This document shows positions 1-8,571 of a stretch of 29,242 bases of DNA, in pieces; positions within the stretch are counted from its first letter, which is position 1, and every line of letters begins with the position of its first letter. This DNA comes from a virus. Taxonomy: Duplodnaviria; Caudoviricetes. The stretch is from positions 1 to 29,242 of the IMG/VR virus record IMGVR_UViG_3300033420_000031; one strand, given 5' to 3'. The translations under genes were made by a program, and so were the position numbers. The notes beneath the pieces were generated by a model. That model ran no database searches and had not been told where the DNA came from. It saw only the letters and a program-made list of their open reading frames with translations.

Positions 1-220
1 CGGCAGAACCTGCGGTGCCTGCGCCCTCCCAACCCACGCTTGAACGGTAGGTTGCGGCCTTGCCTGGTGTGATTTCCCTTACTCCAAAATCCTTGCCGAA
101 TTTTGGGAACTTAAACTCGGCGTTATCCATCAATGCGGCTGCCACTACGGAATCCAGCATCGGAACGTCCTTTATAACGTTACTAAAAACTTTAGCTGCC
201 TCTACTACTGCGAAACTCAT
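1..220 (-). CDS. Major capsid protein, N-terminal part (runs off the window start)
   Basis: Not in ORF track. ATG at 220 with GGGGG RBS; open to base 1 (MSFAVVEAAKVFSNVIKDVPMLDSVVAAALMDNAEFKFPKFGKDFGVREITPGKAATYRSSVGWEGAGTAGSA); follows the protease/scaffold gene; in frame with 29242->28458 if the ends are joined. Confidence 0.8.
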   Translation of the reverse strand, partial: MSFAVVEAAKVFSNVIKDVPMLDSVVAAALMDNAEFKFPKFGKDFGVREITPGKAATYRSSVGWEGAGTAGSA

Positions 221-249
221 ACTATATACCCCCTGTTATTCTTTCTGTG

Positions 250-1248
250 TTACTTCAACACCGCATTTAATGTGAACTGCAACGGTTTTGTTGCTGTCGC
301 GCTCTTTTTCTCAGGTAGTATAGCGCTCATCGCCTTGCTACCCTTGAACCCCTTTTCCTCTGTGGCTTCCTCTGTCTTTGGCTCTTCCTTTGCAGGTTCT
401 GCCTCTGCACCCTTGAACAAAAACTTGTAATCCCCTGCAAATGCGGCTTTAACCTCATCTACACCTGCTACTGCGTCTCCGTCTACTGTGATGCCTGCCT
501 CCGCTACCTGCCTTGCAATACCCTCTGCGACTGCGTTTACAGCCTCTAAGCCATCCAAAGCGTTAGCGATTGCGTCCTCCAGAACCTTTGCGCGTGCGTC
601 ATCTTCCAGTTGCTTTATCTGTAAAGACTTCTTACTCACTTCGGCCTCGAGTTCTGCGATTTTTGCCTTTAATTCTTTTTCATCCACGTCTGTTACCCCC
701 TTGTCATCTTCTTGTCTATATCCCTTAACCACACCGGAACCCTTTTGTGCCGGTACGGCTACGAAAGACCATTCATAAACATCGTCTACGTCTACAATCT
801 CGACACAACCCACTTGCTGTGCCTTTTCCGTTGAATTGAACCCTATACTTACTTCCTGTAATAGACCCGACTTTATACCCTCTATGAGTGCCTTATTGGC
901 CTCTGTATCGAGTGTGTAGGCATAACCCACTACACATGCGCCTGCCTCGGTTTGTTCTACCTCGGCTTTATATATTCGGCTGTGTACGCCCTCGACCTGC
1001 CACGAGTGGTTCCTTATACCGGCTTTTCCAACTACAAAACCTGCTATGCTCTGTAAGGCTGTTTGGCTGAACCGTTCACCGTCTCTGTCGATTTGGTCAT
1101 CACAGAGGCGCACAGGGTAGCAGAAAAGGTGTTCAGGCTGTATATCCTCGCCCTTTAGATAACCCTTGATTAACTCGAAATCTTCGGCACTTGGGGCTGT
1201 GAACATCCCCGCGTGTGCTGTGCCCTCAAATGCTTTATTAATCCGCAT
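250..1248 (-). CDS. Prohead maturation protease fused to a coiled-coil scaffold region
   Basis: Motifs DRDGERFS, NHSW, GLLQEVSIGF, YEWSFVAVPAQ typical of HK97-type prohead proteases; charged coiled-coil C-half; lies between portal and capsid. Confidence 0.8.
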   Translation of the reverse strand: MRINKAFEGTAHAGMFTAPSAEDFELIKGYLKGEDIQPEHLFCYPVRLCDDQIDRDGERFSQTALQSIAGFVVGKAGIRNHSWQVEGVHSRIYKAEVEQTEAGACVVGYAYTLDTEANKALIEGIKSGLLQEVSIGFNSTEKAQQVGCVEIVDVDDVYEWSFVAVPAQKGSGVVKGYRQEDDKGVTDVDEKELKAKIAELEAEVSKKSLQIKQLEDDARAKVLEDAIANALDGLEAVNAVAEGIARQVAEAGITVDGDAVAGVDEVKAAFAGDYKFLFKGAEAEPAKEEPKTEEATEEKGFKGSKAMSAILPEKKSATATKPLQFTLNAVLK

Positions 1249-2848
1249 TGATGTTTGCCCCCTCTAGTACGCTAAATTGAATTTCGCCTGCTAAGGCTTC
1301 GCGTTCGCTGTCTCCTATATCGCCTGTTGTAAAGGACGGTAGGGTTGGCGCTTCGCTTGTGGTGGTTGGTTGGTTAAGTAGAGTAGATTCTGCAGGCTGT
1401 ACACCTGCGAGTTCCTGCGCTTTGACCTCTGCCTCGTAGGTGGTCACACCATCGAGTTTTGCGATTGCTTGTGCTACGCTTAGTGTGGTGGCACCGCCTG
1501 TGCGGCTTGATACGATTTGTGCGAGTGTTTCCTCGTCCTGGATAAAACCCGCATTGCAGATTATTGAGAAATCCGAGACTTTCATATCCTCTAAACCCGC
1601 TGATTTAGCGATTTTATACACCAATTCCTTTAGCGAGTGCATAACCCTTGTTATAAAGGATTCGGCCCTTAACTCACTCTTGTACATGCTCACTTTTAGC
1701 GCCTTTGCGCTCATGTTGGTGCCTAACTCCTTGGTGTCATACATACTAAAAGCCAAGGACGTGTCACGTGATAGGCGCTTTAGGCTCTCTGTGTACACCT
1801 CGCGTGCGGCTGCTATCTTCAACTCAACATCTGGCGATGCGTAGGATACAGCCGCATTTTTGGGGTCTGTGTCCTCGTCGTAGGCGATGGTGTCGCTCAT
1901 GCTATCGTATACAGCACCGCTGTTTTCATCACGCATTGTCGCACTTTTAGGCATTGTTTTTGTGAACTCTTTAGTTCTTTCAAGTAATTGAAGGAGTGTG
2001 CCAAATGCACGGATTGACGCTATAATAGCGGGTTCCCAATACTTGTACTGAGACTCGCCTATTACCCCGTCTTCTGATGTGCCTGAAAATACGATTATTG
2101 GGCTTTCATCACTCGGCTTTGCGCTTTCGCTTTCTACTTGCTCGCCAAGTGTTTTATCACTATATAGATGTGTAATTTTCTCAATCGTGCCATCTGCGTG
2201 GTATAGCATAAACTCAACTAATTTTGTATTAGTCTCATGCCTACCGGACTTTTGTGTGTATATGTTAAAAAATAGATTAACTGCCACCTCTGTCGTATCG
2301 TCCTCACACATAAGCGGAATCCAACACTTCAGCGGCATATCTATAACTTTTGTCTTGCCGTTGCGGGTATCTACCCGCTTAACACTGTTACCATACCTGA
2401 TACAATCGCGTATAATACTTTGCCACGCCGTAGCAAAGTTACTTCCGTTTACTGCCTCGTCAAAACCCTTTAAGTCTTGCTTGGAATCAATCATTGGAGG
2501 CTTGGCCGATATCATATCTACATGTGTCTCCGTTATTTCGCGGAAATCCGGTAGATTTGGTATGATTTGTGTTACAGGCATATTGGTTACTGGTTTTCGC
2601 AGGTAGTCTTGAAAAGCGATAATGCTCGGGAAAATTTCAGCATAATTAGCCCTATAAAGTTCAAGGTTGGTTTTATAAATATTTGCACGCTCCTGCACGT
2701 GTGCAGGTGGGAAAATATCGCCACTTACCCAAGGTAATGCACCACGCCAAATTATCGTATTAGGCGGGGTTGTGGAGAAATCTGTCTCCGTCAGTATGTT
2801 TCCGTTGGCACGTCTTGTGCCTGGTAAAAATGGTGACATTGCGTGCAT
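1238..2848 (-). CDS. Portal protein (SPP1-like)
   Basis: 536 aa directly after TerL; late SAKALK motif like the SG.AL motif of SPP1-type portals; acidic tail. Confidence 0.8.
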   Translation of the reverse strand: MHAMSPFLPGTRRANGNILTETDFSTTPPNTIIWRGALPWVSGDIFPPAHVQERANIYKTNLELYRANYAEIFPSIIAFQDYLRKPVTNMPVTQIIPNLPDFREITETHVDMISAKPPMIDSKQDLKGFDEAVNGSNFATAWQSIIRDCIRYGNSVKRVDTRNGKTKVIDMPLKCWIPLMCEDDTTEVAVNLFFNIYTQKSGRHETNTKLVEFMLYHADGTIEKITHLYSDKTLGEQVESESAKPSDESPIIVFSGTSEDGVIGESQYKYWEPAIIASIRAFGTLLQLLERTKEFTKTMPKSATMRDENSGAVYDSMSDTIAYDEDTDPKNAAVSYASPDVELKIAAAREVYTESLKRLSRDTSLAFSMYDTKELGTNMSAKALKVSMYKSELRAESFITRVMHSLKELVYKIAKSAGLEDMKVSDFSIICNAGFIQDEETLAQIVSSRTGGATTLSVAQAIAKLDGVTTYEAEVKAQELAGVQPAESTLLNQPTTTSEAPTLPSFTTGDIGDSEREALAGEIQFSVLEGANINAD

Positions 2849-2859
2849 TTAGTACCCCT

Positions 2860-4065
2860 TTACTTTTTTGTCCTCGACCCGCTTATCAAGTAACGCAGAG
2901 CGTCACAGGCGTGGTCGTTGGCTTTTATTACGTCGTCGGAGCCGTTACCCTTGTATGCGTATGTGTACAACTCTGCGATTAGGTTTACTAGGTCATCCAC
3001 TATGAACAAAGTCTCTTCTGTGAAACAATCGTAGACGCGCTGTATACCCTCTTTTACTGAATTGTCCGCATCCTCGAAATTGTGAATTCTTAGTTCTCTG
3101 AGTTTATCTTTTAGCGCAGTAGCGCTTGGGTCAACATAGATTTTCTTTACTGGGTACTTCTGCAACAACACGACCAACTTTGTCCCTATTTCGCTTAGTG
3201 TCGTGCTTTTCAAATACTCTTCTTCTAAAACAACCCGTGTACCCGTTTTATCTTGTCCTGCAAGCACTATGCTTGTTGGGTTGTTTAACCCAAAATCTAT
3301 TCCTACGTCATATCTGCTGTACTCTACCTGCTCGGCTTGCTCTCTCGTGAGTGTGTGCGTTTTTCGCTTAAAGCATCCATACACCAAACCCTCAGCCGCT
3401 GCCCATTCTCCTAACACATACCTTGCATAGTAGGCGGGTTGACCCTCGTACATTTTCCGCAGATTCCTATAATATGCCTCTGCGCCTGTGGTTATGTTGT
3501 CCTCTGCAGTCCACTTGACCCACCGGATTCCACCCTCGCCTGCGTCCATCATCTGCTTTAGATAATGCACCGGACTATCTGGGTTTGTGGCTCCTATAAA
3601 ACTCAGAACCCAACCTTCTGGCGCTTCTCCGCGTAACCTACCAATGACCTTTAAAAAGTTATCCTTAGACCATGTGGAGACCTCGTCCCCTATAATCAGG
3701 TATGCGTTTATACCCCTGACTCTTGCCTCTGCGTTTGCGTCGTTTAGCCCTACAATTCGTACTCTATGCCCATAAAGGACTGCGTCCTTTTCGTAGCCGT
3801 CTTTCTTGCTCTTGTCATACCTAAAATGCTTACCGAATTTCGCTGCCCATGGGTTGCATATATTGCTTTTCGCCGCTTGTGCGGTTTTACCTACTACCAG
3901 TATGCAACCGTCTCCGGGCGGTGGTGCGCTCTTTTTTGCCTTGTACCCTACACCTATTGTGATGCAGTAGGTCTTCCCACACCCGTATGGCCCGTAGTGG
4001 ATTTCACTCTCTACTGTGCCTATGCTCGCTATCGTCTGCAGTTGTCTCCTGCTCAGTAGTTCCAT
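2860..4065 (-). CDS. terL: Terminase large subunit (PBSX-like)
   Basis: Walker A GPYGCGKT, Walker B IIGDE, ATNP coupling motif, RYVLGEW..AEG, nuclease motifs GIDFG, YVDPSA, NDHACDALRY. Confidence 0.95.
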   Translation of the reverse strand: MELLSRRQLQTIASIGTVESEIHYGPYGCGKTYCITIGVGYKAKKSAPPPGDGCILVVGKTAQAAKSNICNPWAAKFGKHFRYDKSKKDGYEKDAVLYGHRVRIVGLNDANAEARVRGINAYLIIGDEVSTWSKDNFLKVIGRLRGEAPEGWVLSFIGATNPDSPVHYLKQMMDAGEGGIRWVKWTAEDNITTGAEAYYRNLRKMYEGQPAYYARYVLGEWAAAEGLVYGCFKRKTHTLTREQAEQVEYSRYDVGIDFGLNNPTSIVLAGQDKTGTRVVLEEEYLKSTTLSEIGTKLVVLLQKYPVKKIYVDPSATALKDKLRELRIHNFEDADNSVKEGIQRVYDCFTEETLFIVDDLVNLIAELYTYAYKGNGSDDVIKANDHACDALRYLISGSRTKK

Positions 4066-4076
4066 ATGCCACCCCT

Positions 4077-4544
4077 TTAGCCCTCTGCTAAAGCATCAAG
4101 CGAGGCGCTTATTTGCTCAAATGTATCCTCTTCCTCACTATTGACGCCCAAGGGCTGTGCCTTAACGGCTGCGCCTTGCTCTGCCTCTAACTTCAACCAC
4201 AACGCCCCTACATTCGCCAAGTCCCGCGTCGTACTTGCGTCTACTACCCCTTTTGCTAAGTTATCGCTATATAAATCCAATGTCCTGTCTATCGCTCTGT
4301 ATAACTTCGTCTTTATATCTACAATCGCTTGGATGTTTACTTTCTCAACCTTTGCCGCTATTTCTGCGTCTCTCTGTACCACTCTCGCTACCCAACCGAA
4401 TGACTTGCTCCATATATCAACTGAGGTCTTTGCCAACCCCAGCTCTTCTGCTATCCGCTTAGTGCTCCTATCTGTCCCCATTGCGTAATACAGCTCAAAT
4501 GCCGCTTTATGTGCGGCATTCTCGGTTTTTACTACCCACGCCAT
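4077..4544 (-). CDS. terS: Terminase small subunit
   Basis: N-terminal HTH (AFELYYAMG..RSTKRIAEELG...W...FGW), helical middle, immediately upstream of TerL. Confidence 0.8.
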   Translation of the reverse strand: MAWVVKTENAAHKAAFELYYAMGTDRSTKRIAEELGLAKTSVDIWSKSFGWVARVVQRDAEIAAKVEKVNIQAIVDIKTKLYRAIDRTLDLYSDNLAKGVVDASTTRDLANVGALWLKLEAEQGAAVKAQPLGVNSEEEDTFEQISASLDALAEG

Positions 4545-4630
4545 CTCGCGTCACCCCTTTACTGCATAGTGGCCGCTTATCTGCTGCATATCTCCTACTA
4601 TTGATGCTCGCGCTTCGCGCTCGTCTTGCA

Positions 4631-4706
4631 TAAAATAAAAACCCCTGAACCACCGGCGCATCCTTACCCCTGCGGGGTAGTTGTCGCTATTGGCTCAAAG
4701 GCTCTT
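4631..4706 (-). terminator. Intrinsic terminator with tandem GAGCC boxes in its 5' arm
   Basis: Minus strand AAGAGCCTTTGAGCCA pairs over 16 bp (with G-U) with TGGTTCAGGGGTTTTT; inner hairpin TACCCC-GCA-GGGGTA; U-rich tail TTTTTATTTTA. Confidence 0.75.
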
Positions 4707-4731
4707 GTTGTGCGGGTTTTCGGTTAGATTG

Positions 4732-4926
4732 TTAGATTATGCAAGTTACTTCTTCCTTGCAGGCTTTACACCATAGCGCAAGCTTTCCGTTTGTTTCCTT
4801 ACTGCGCTTTCCCAGCACCTTGCCACATACACAATGCACCTGTTCCATAGCCTCATCGTCTACTAATCTTATAGCCTTGTACTGCTCATACTGAGGCATT
4901 AAGGCTTCTAACTCCTCATTGCTCAT
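4732..4926 (-). CDS. Small zinc-ribbon protein, Mu Com-like
   Basis: CVCGKVLG...LWCKACKEE four-Cys pattern in 64 aa; ATGA overlap with the upstream gene. Confidence 0.7.
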   Translation of the reverse strand: MSNEELEALMPQYEQYKAIRLVDDEAMEQVHCVCGKVLGKRSKETNGKLALWCKACKEEVTCII

Positions 4927-5231
4927 AGTCTCACTACCTCGCCCTTTTCTCTGTCCACGTATATAAGCGGCTCGCTTATATACCTCACATCCAGCATTAA
5001 CCTTAAAATCTTCAAATCTGGGTCATGCACCGGCTCCGTTAGCACCACGATAGTGGATTTATAGAGCATATCGCACAGACGCGGGAGTGGAGCGTAGAGC
5101 ATAGTTGAGAGTTCTCCGATGCCAGTTAAGATGTTATAGATGTTTGGGTCGCGCTGGTTGACCAGCGCGGGGATTAGTAAAAATCTATCAAGTTTTATAT
5201 CTTCTTGTAACTTGCTCAAAATCTCTTTCAT
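4923..5231 (-). CDS. Hypothetical protein (first gene of the late operon)
   Basis: 102 aa, purine-rich RBS, ATGA-coupled to the Zn-finger gene. Confidence 0.6.
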   Translation of the reverse strand: MKEILSKLQEDIKLDRFLLIPALVNQRDPNIYNILTGIGELSTMLYAPLPRLCDMLYKSTIVVLTEPVHDPDLKILRLMLDVRYISEPLIYVDREKGEVVRL

Positions 5232-5252
5232 CCTTGCCTCGCCTTTCTATAT

Positions 5253-5288
5253 ACTGCGTGGGCTGGCGCTTGGCTCAGCCCACGCAGT
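5253..5288 (-). promoter_or_regulatory. 13-bp perfect leader hairpin with GAGCC/GCGCC in the loop
   Basis: ACTGCGTGGGCTG-AGCCAAGCGC-CAGCCCACGCAGT on the minus strand, ~22 nt before ATG 5231; no U-tract. Confidence 0.6.
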
Positions 5289-5336
5289 CGTATGGAGGAG
5301 GACTCCAGACTAGCGCTTTAAAGTTCCTGTCAATTC

Positions 5337-5445
5337 CAAATGTTCCTTGAAAAAATTTTTCCTTATAACTCTTCCTATATATAATGGTTTTTTATGTCCA
5401 CAAAAGTGTGTCGTTTTTAAAAATATGCACCCAAAATAAAAATAT
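5337..5445 (-). repeat. Duplicated AT-rich element, copy A (putative late promoter)
   Basis: Shares caaatgttccttgaaaaa, ataatgNttttttatgtcc and ttttNaaaatatg blocks with 19394-19538. Confidence 0.7.
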
Positions 5446-5472
5446 ATGCCCATTTAGTTTTTGTGCTCAACA

Positions 5473-5504
5473 TAAAAGGGTGTAGCCGCTTTTGACTACA
5501 CCCT
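5473..5504 (-). terminator. Intrinsic terminator after the 5509-5931 gene
   Basis: AGGGTGTAGTC-loop-GGCTACACCCT followed by TTTAT on the minus strand. Confidence 0.7.
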
Positions 5505-5508
5505 CTTG

Positions 5509-5931
5509 TCAAAACACATTATTGTCTATGCAATGCCTTATAGACCTCTCTATAAGTGTACTAAATGGTATACCCGTTCTTCTTGCAAAATTCTCAAACT
5601 CTTGTGCGTCGGCCTCTGTCAATTTACAACCCTTTGCCACCGTTTTCTTTTCAGAAAAATTACTCGTTGCAAGCGTCTTTAAATGGTACATTGTATGTCT
5701 GTATGCGGTGTTAAAACGAAAGTCACAAGCGACGCCATAGTCTTCTGTTTTGAGCATACGCGGCCAAGACACTTTCATATGACCATCCTCTACAAAAATA
5801 CATGCGTCATACTCGCTTAAATCCTCGGTCGCATACCGGATTGTCTTGACTTTCTGTGTAATATAATCAATTCTATAATAATAGAAAATGCCGTCTACCC
5901 ATGTCGAATTTATTATTGTTTTTCTGCCCAT
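5509..5931 (-). CDS. Hypothetical protein with C-terminal ribbon-helix-helix-like domain
   Basis: GGGGG RBS; C-terminus KGCKLTEADAQEFENFARRTGIPFSTLIERSI fits the beta-helix-helix RHH pattern. Confidence 0.6.
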   Translation of the reverse strand: MGRKTIINSTWVDGIFYYYRIDYITQKVKTIRYATEDLSEYDACIFVEDGHMKVSWPRMLKTEDYGVACDFRFNTAYRHTMYHLKTLATSNFSEKKTVAKGCKLTEADAQEFENFARRTGIPFSTLIERSIRHCIDNNVF

Positions 5932-5953
5932 TTCATACCCCCCTTTTCTGCTA

Positions 5954-6655
5954 TCACTCCAAAATCTCGCATATATCCTCGTAGTATCGAGTTATTACTA
6001 TACTTATGAGGTCTTTTTCGTCTTTGTCCAGGGTTGCACATACCTCTGCGAGTTTAACCCCTGCTTTCCTATCATCCGCTGCTGTGAGTTGAGTTAGTCT
6101 GAAAATGTCCTTACCCTGCTGAAAGTATAGCCGTTCTCGTAGAGTAATGTACTCTTCTATTATTAGTCCCTGACAGTCTGCATAAATTGTGTCAATAATC
6201 GCCGCTTTTGCGGTTGTGTCGTCGTACTCTACATACCTAAGTGCCTTTTTGCTATCATCCAGTGTCGTGTTGTGCGCGTATTTTACCAAGCCGCCCACGG
6301 CTCGTGCGAGGTTGCTTTCTTTCTCTCTTAACCGCTGTATACCCGTCATCGTGGTTTTTTCCGATTCTGTGAGCAGATAACCGCTCAAGTGTTCGCGTGT
6401 GTGCTCGGGCATTGCCTCAAGATTATGGCCGTAATGCAATTCGATTTTAGCGGCTTTGTGATAGTCAAATTCAGGATTGATGCTAAAGGTCAGCATGCCG
6501 CAGTTCTGGTTCTTCGGTTCTTCTACCCTTACCGGCTTCTGCTCTTGCACTTGCACTTCTTCATGATGCTTTGCAAATTTACCCGCTTGTATTTCTGCTA
6601 CAAGTTGATTTACTACCTCTAAAGCCTCTGCGTGGCGCTCTTCCTGTGTTTTCAT
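5954..6655 (-). CDS. Hypothetical early protein
   Basis: 233 aa, GGAGG RBS, first gene behind the promoter at ~6706. Confidence 0.7.
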   Translation of the reverse strand: MKTQEERHAEALEVVNQLVAEIQAGKFAKHHEEVQVQEQKPVRVEEPKNQNCGMLTFSINPEFDYHKAAKIELHYGHNLEAMPEHTREHLSGYLLTESEKTTMTGIQRLREKESNLARAVGGLVKYAHNTTLDDSKKALRYVEYDDTTAKAAIIDTIYADCQGLIIEEYITLRERLYFQQGKDIFRLTQLTAADDRKAGVKLAEVCATLDKDEKDLISIVITRYYEDICEILE

Positions 6656-6702
6656 ATGTACCTCCGTGCGTTTATTTTTTCTCGCCCGGTAACTCTTATA
6701 TA

Positions 6703-6823
6703 CTTATTATACTACCTCGCTGTGTATTTTTGTTAACTTGTGTAAACATTTTATGTAATTCATAATTGCTTATATATCAACGCTTTTAGTGTGGTTGGTG
6801 GTTGTGTAACATAAATGTAATAA
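6703..6823 (-). promoter_or_regulatory. Early promoter/operator module, copy 1
   Basis: TATAAT (plus 6706-6711); 26-bp block 6726-6751 is 25/26 identical to 10823-10848; further conserved blocks at the same offset. Confidence 0.75.
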
Positions 6824-6827
6824 TAGG

Positions 6828-6850
6828 GAAAGGGCGGGTGTTAACCCGCC
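6828..6850 (-). terminator. Probable terminator overlapping the lysin stop codon
   Basis: GGCGGGT-TAAC-ACCCGCC stem with a weak pyrimidine tail. Confidence 0.5.
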
Positions 6851-7626
6851 GCTTTCTGCTGTTTGTCTATATACCCTTTCATCACTACAAGTGTACGCAA
6901 CATGTCCTCTGAAAGATTAAGGCCTTGGTCTGTACCCCTTAGCGCTCCTGTTGCGCATAATTCGCTTAGCGCCTGTTGCGCCCATTTTGGGGCTTCTGCT
7001 ACTGTCTGTATCCTCTTACCCTCTACCTCTTCATCCTTTTCCTCTACCACCGGCACTGGCTTTACATCGTATGCGCTGTAATCCACGAATGGACACCGGT
7101 ACCAGTGTTTCCAACCCTTAGCGCTGACTTTTAGCACGGTTGGGGGTTGGCACGCAGATGCGATATCTATTGCAAAGCCGTTTCCGATGTATACGCCTGC
7201 GTGACCTCCTAAGTGGAGCAGGAGGCCCGGCTCCTCAGGGATTGCGTCTACCCCTATTGTCCCGTGTTTACAGCCTGCTGCGACGGCTGTTTGGTACATT
7301 CCGTCTGCGCTTTTGTCCTGCGCTGGCACATACCCTGGTCCTGTCCTCCACCCCCATAGCGCCGCTTTTGCGAGTCCGATGCAGTCTGAGCCGCGCAGGC
7401 GTGGGTTTTCCTTACACATAGCGAGCAATGCGGCTTTTTTTGTGACCCGCTGCCCTTTATATGTGGTCAATCCTGCATACCACTTATACACGCTTGCACC
7501 CGTTTGTGAGGCTTTCTGATTGATTAGTGTCTCTGTCAGAACCTGACCAAATGTCCCATATGCGTATACCACTCCCGCGGCGTTTAGGGCTAAAACTTGT
7601 TCCACTACCTCTTTTGCTGTTATCAT
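6841..7626 (-). CDS. Endolysin: NlpC/P60-CHAP-like catalytic domain plus C-terminal cell-wall-binding helical domain
   Basis: Start ATG 7626 (AAGGAGG RBS, ATGA overlap); Y.YG..GQ, DCIGL (Cys), GHAGVYIGNG (His); C-terminal PKWAQQAL..L...GALRG...LNLSEDMLRTLV as seen in clostridial phage lysins. Confidence 0.85.
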   Translation of the reverse strand: MITAKEVVEQVLALNAAGVVYAYGTFGQVLTETLINQKASQTGASVYKWYAGLTTYKGQRVTKKAALLAMCKENPRLRGSDCIGLAKAALWGWRTGPGYVPAQDKSADGMYQTAVAAGCKHGTIGVDAIPEEPGLLLHLGGHAGVYIGNGFAIDIASACQPPTVLKVSAKGWKHWYRCPFVDYSAYDVKPVPVVEEKDEEVEGKRIQTVAEAPKWAQQALSELCATGALRGTDQGLNLSEDMLRTLVVMKGYIDKQQKAAG

Positions 7627-7820
7627 ACACGTGTTCCTCCTTGTAAATTCTCTAATACTTTTGTTACGTATAGCGTCTCTGAATATACCTGTGATGCCCT
7701 GCACAGTAAGATTTCTCCCTCTGTTGTGCTTGTGCTTATGTGATACTTCGACCTGCAATTCTGTATGTCCTCAACCCCTTGGTTAACTACGGCTTTTAGT
7801 AGACCTGCTAAATCTTGCAT
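7623..7820 (-). CDS. Hypothetical protein
   Basis: 65 aa, GAGG RBS, translationally coupled to the lysin. Confidence 0.6.
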   Translation of the reverse strand: MQDLAGLLKAVVNQGVEDIQNCRSKYHISTSTTEGEILLCRASQVYSETLYVTKVLENLQGGTRV

Positions 7821-7835
7821 ATAATATCCTCGCTT

Positions 7836-8510
7836 TCAGTGGTGTTTTGGGTAATTTCGTTTTCGCGCATCTGCGTATTTTCCCGCCACTACCCCACCAC
7901 CGAGCCATAGGTCAATATCCAAATTCCTGTAACTATCAAGCAAAAGGATAACCTGACCGCGTTTTATGTAATTCGGGTCTACCTTGGTACCTTCTCCCAG
8001 TCGTGTCACTACCGAATCCGAAACCCCTGTTGCCTCTTCTACCGCTCTACACGTGTAATGCCTGAAAAACTCTTTTGCGTAGTACTCGTGCGCCTCTTCA
8101 AAAGGGATGCCTTTACCTGACTGACCTTTGCTTTCCATGACCCTTACCCACCGGCGCTGCCTTAATTCCTTTACCTGCTCGCGCATTACTACCGCCCAGC
8201 CACTTAGCGATGCCATGCACTCGGCTCGCAACTGTTTTTCATCTTCTTCACTCAAAAAATTGTCGAATTTATACAGTTCAATCATATGATTGAACCCTAC
8301 TAGTTCGAGTTCGTAGTGTGTGAGGTCTTGCGATGCCTCTTCTCTCTCTTCCTCAGAAAATCCGGCTATTGCCTTTTTAAAGGCTTTTGTGACCGTGTAC
8401 GATGTACCCTCAAAAAGATTAGGGCTTAGGCTTCGTGATGCATACAGCACCTTGGTTTTCTGTGCGTTTGCGTTTGCTTGTTCTGCTACGATGCTTTCAA
8501 GATTTAGCAT
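7836..8510 (-). CDS. Hypothetical protein with C-terminal HTH-like motif
   Basis: Start placed at ATG 8510 (GGAGG RBS); TCRAVEEATGVSDSVVTRL is HTH-like. Confidence 0.65.
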   Translation of the reverse strand: MLNLESIVAEQANANAQKTKVLYASRSLSPNLFEGTSYTVTKAFKKAIAGFSEEEREEASQDLTHYELELVGFNHMIELYKFDNFLSEEDEKQLRAECMASLSGWAVVMREQVKELRQRRWVRVMESKGQSGKGIPFEEAHEYYAKEFFRHYTCRAVEEATGVSDSVVTRLGEGTKVDPNYIKRGQVILLLDSYRNLDIDLWLGGGVVAGKYADARKRNYPKHH

Positions 8511-8571
8511 ATGTGAATCCTCCGCATAATATTTTTTACTTTCTTCCTGCAACTGCGGAGTTTTAGTTTCC

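Noticed and set aside
7627-7758. Longer ORF-track starts for the lysin (also holin 15932, resolvase 14052, and 8552)
   Set aside because: The extensions overlap other genes or promoters; downstream ATGs have strong RBSs and match the domain starts.
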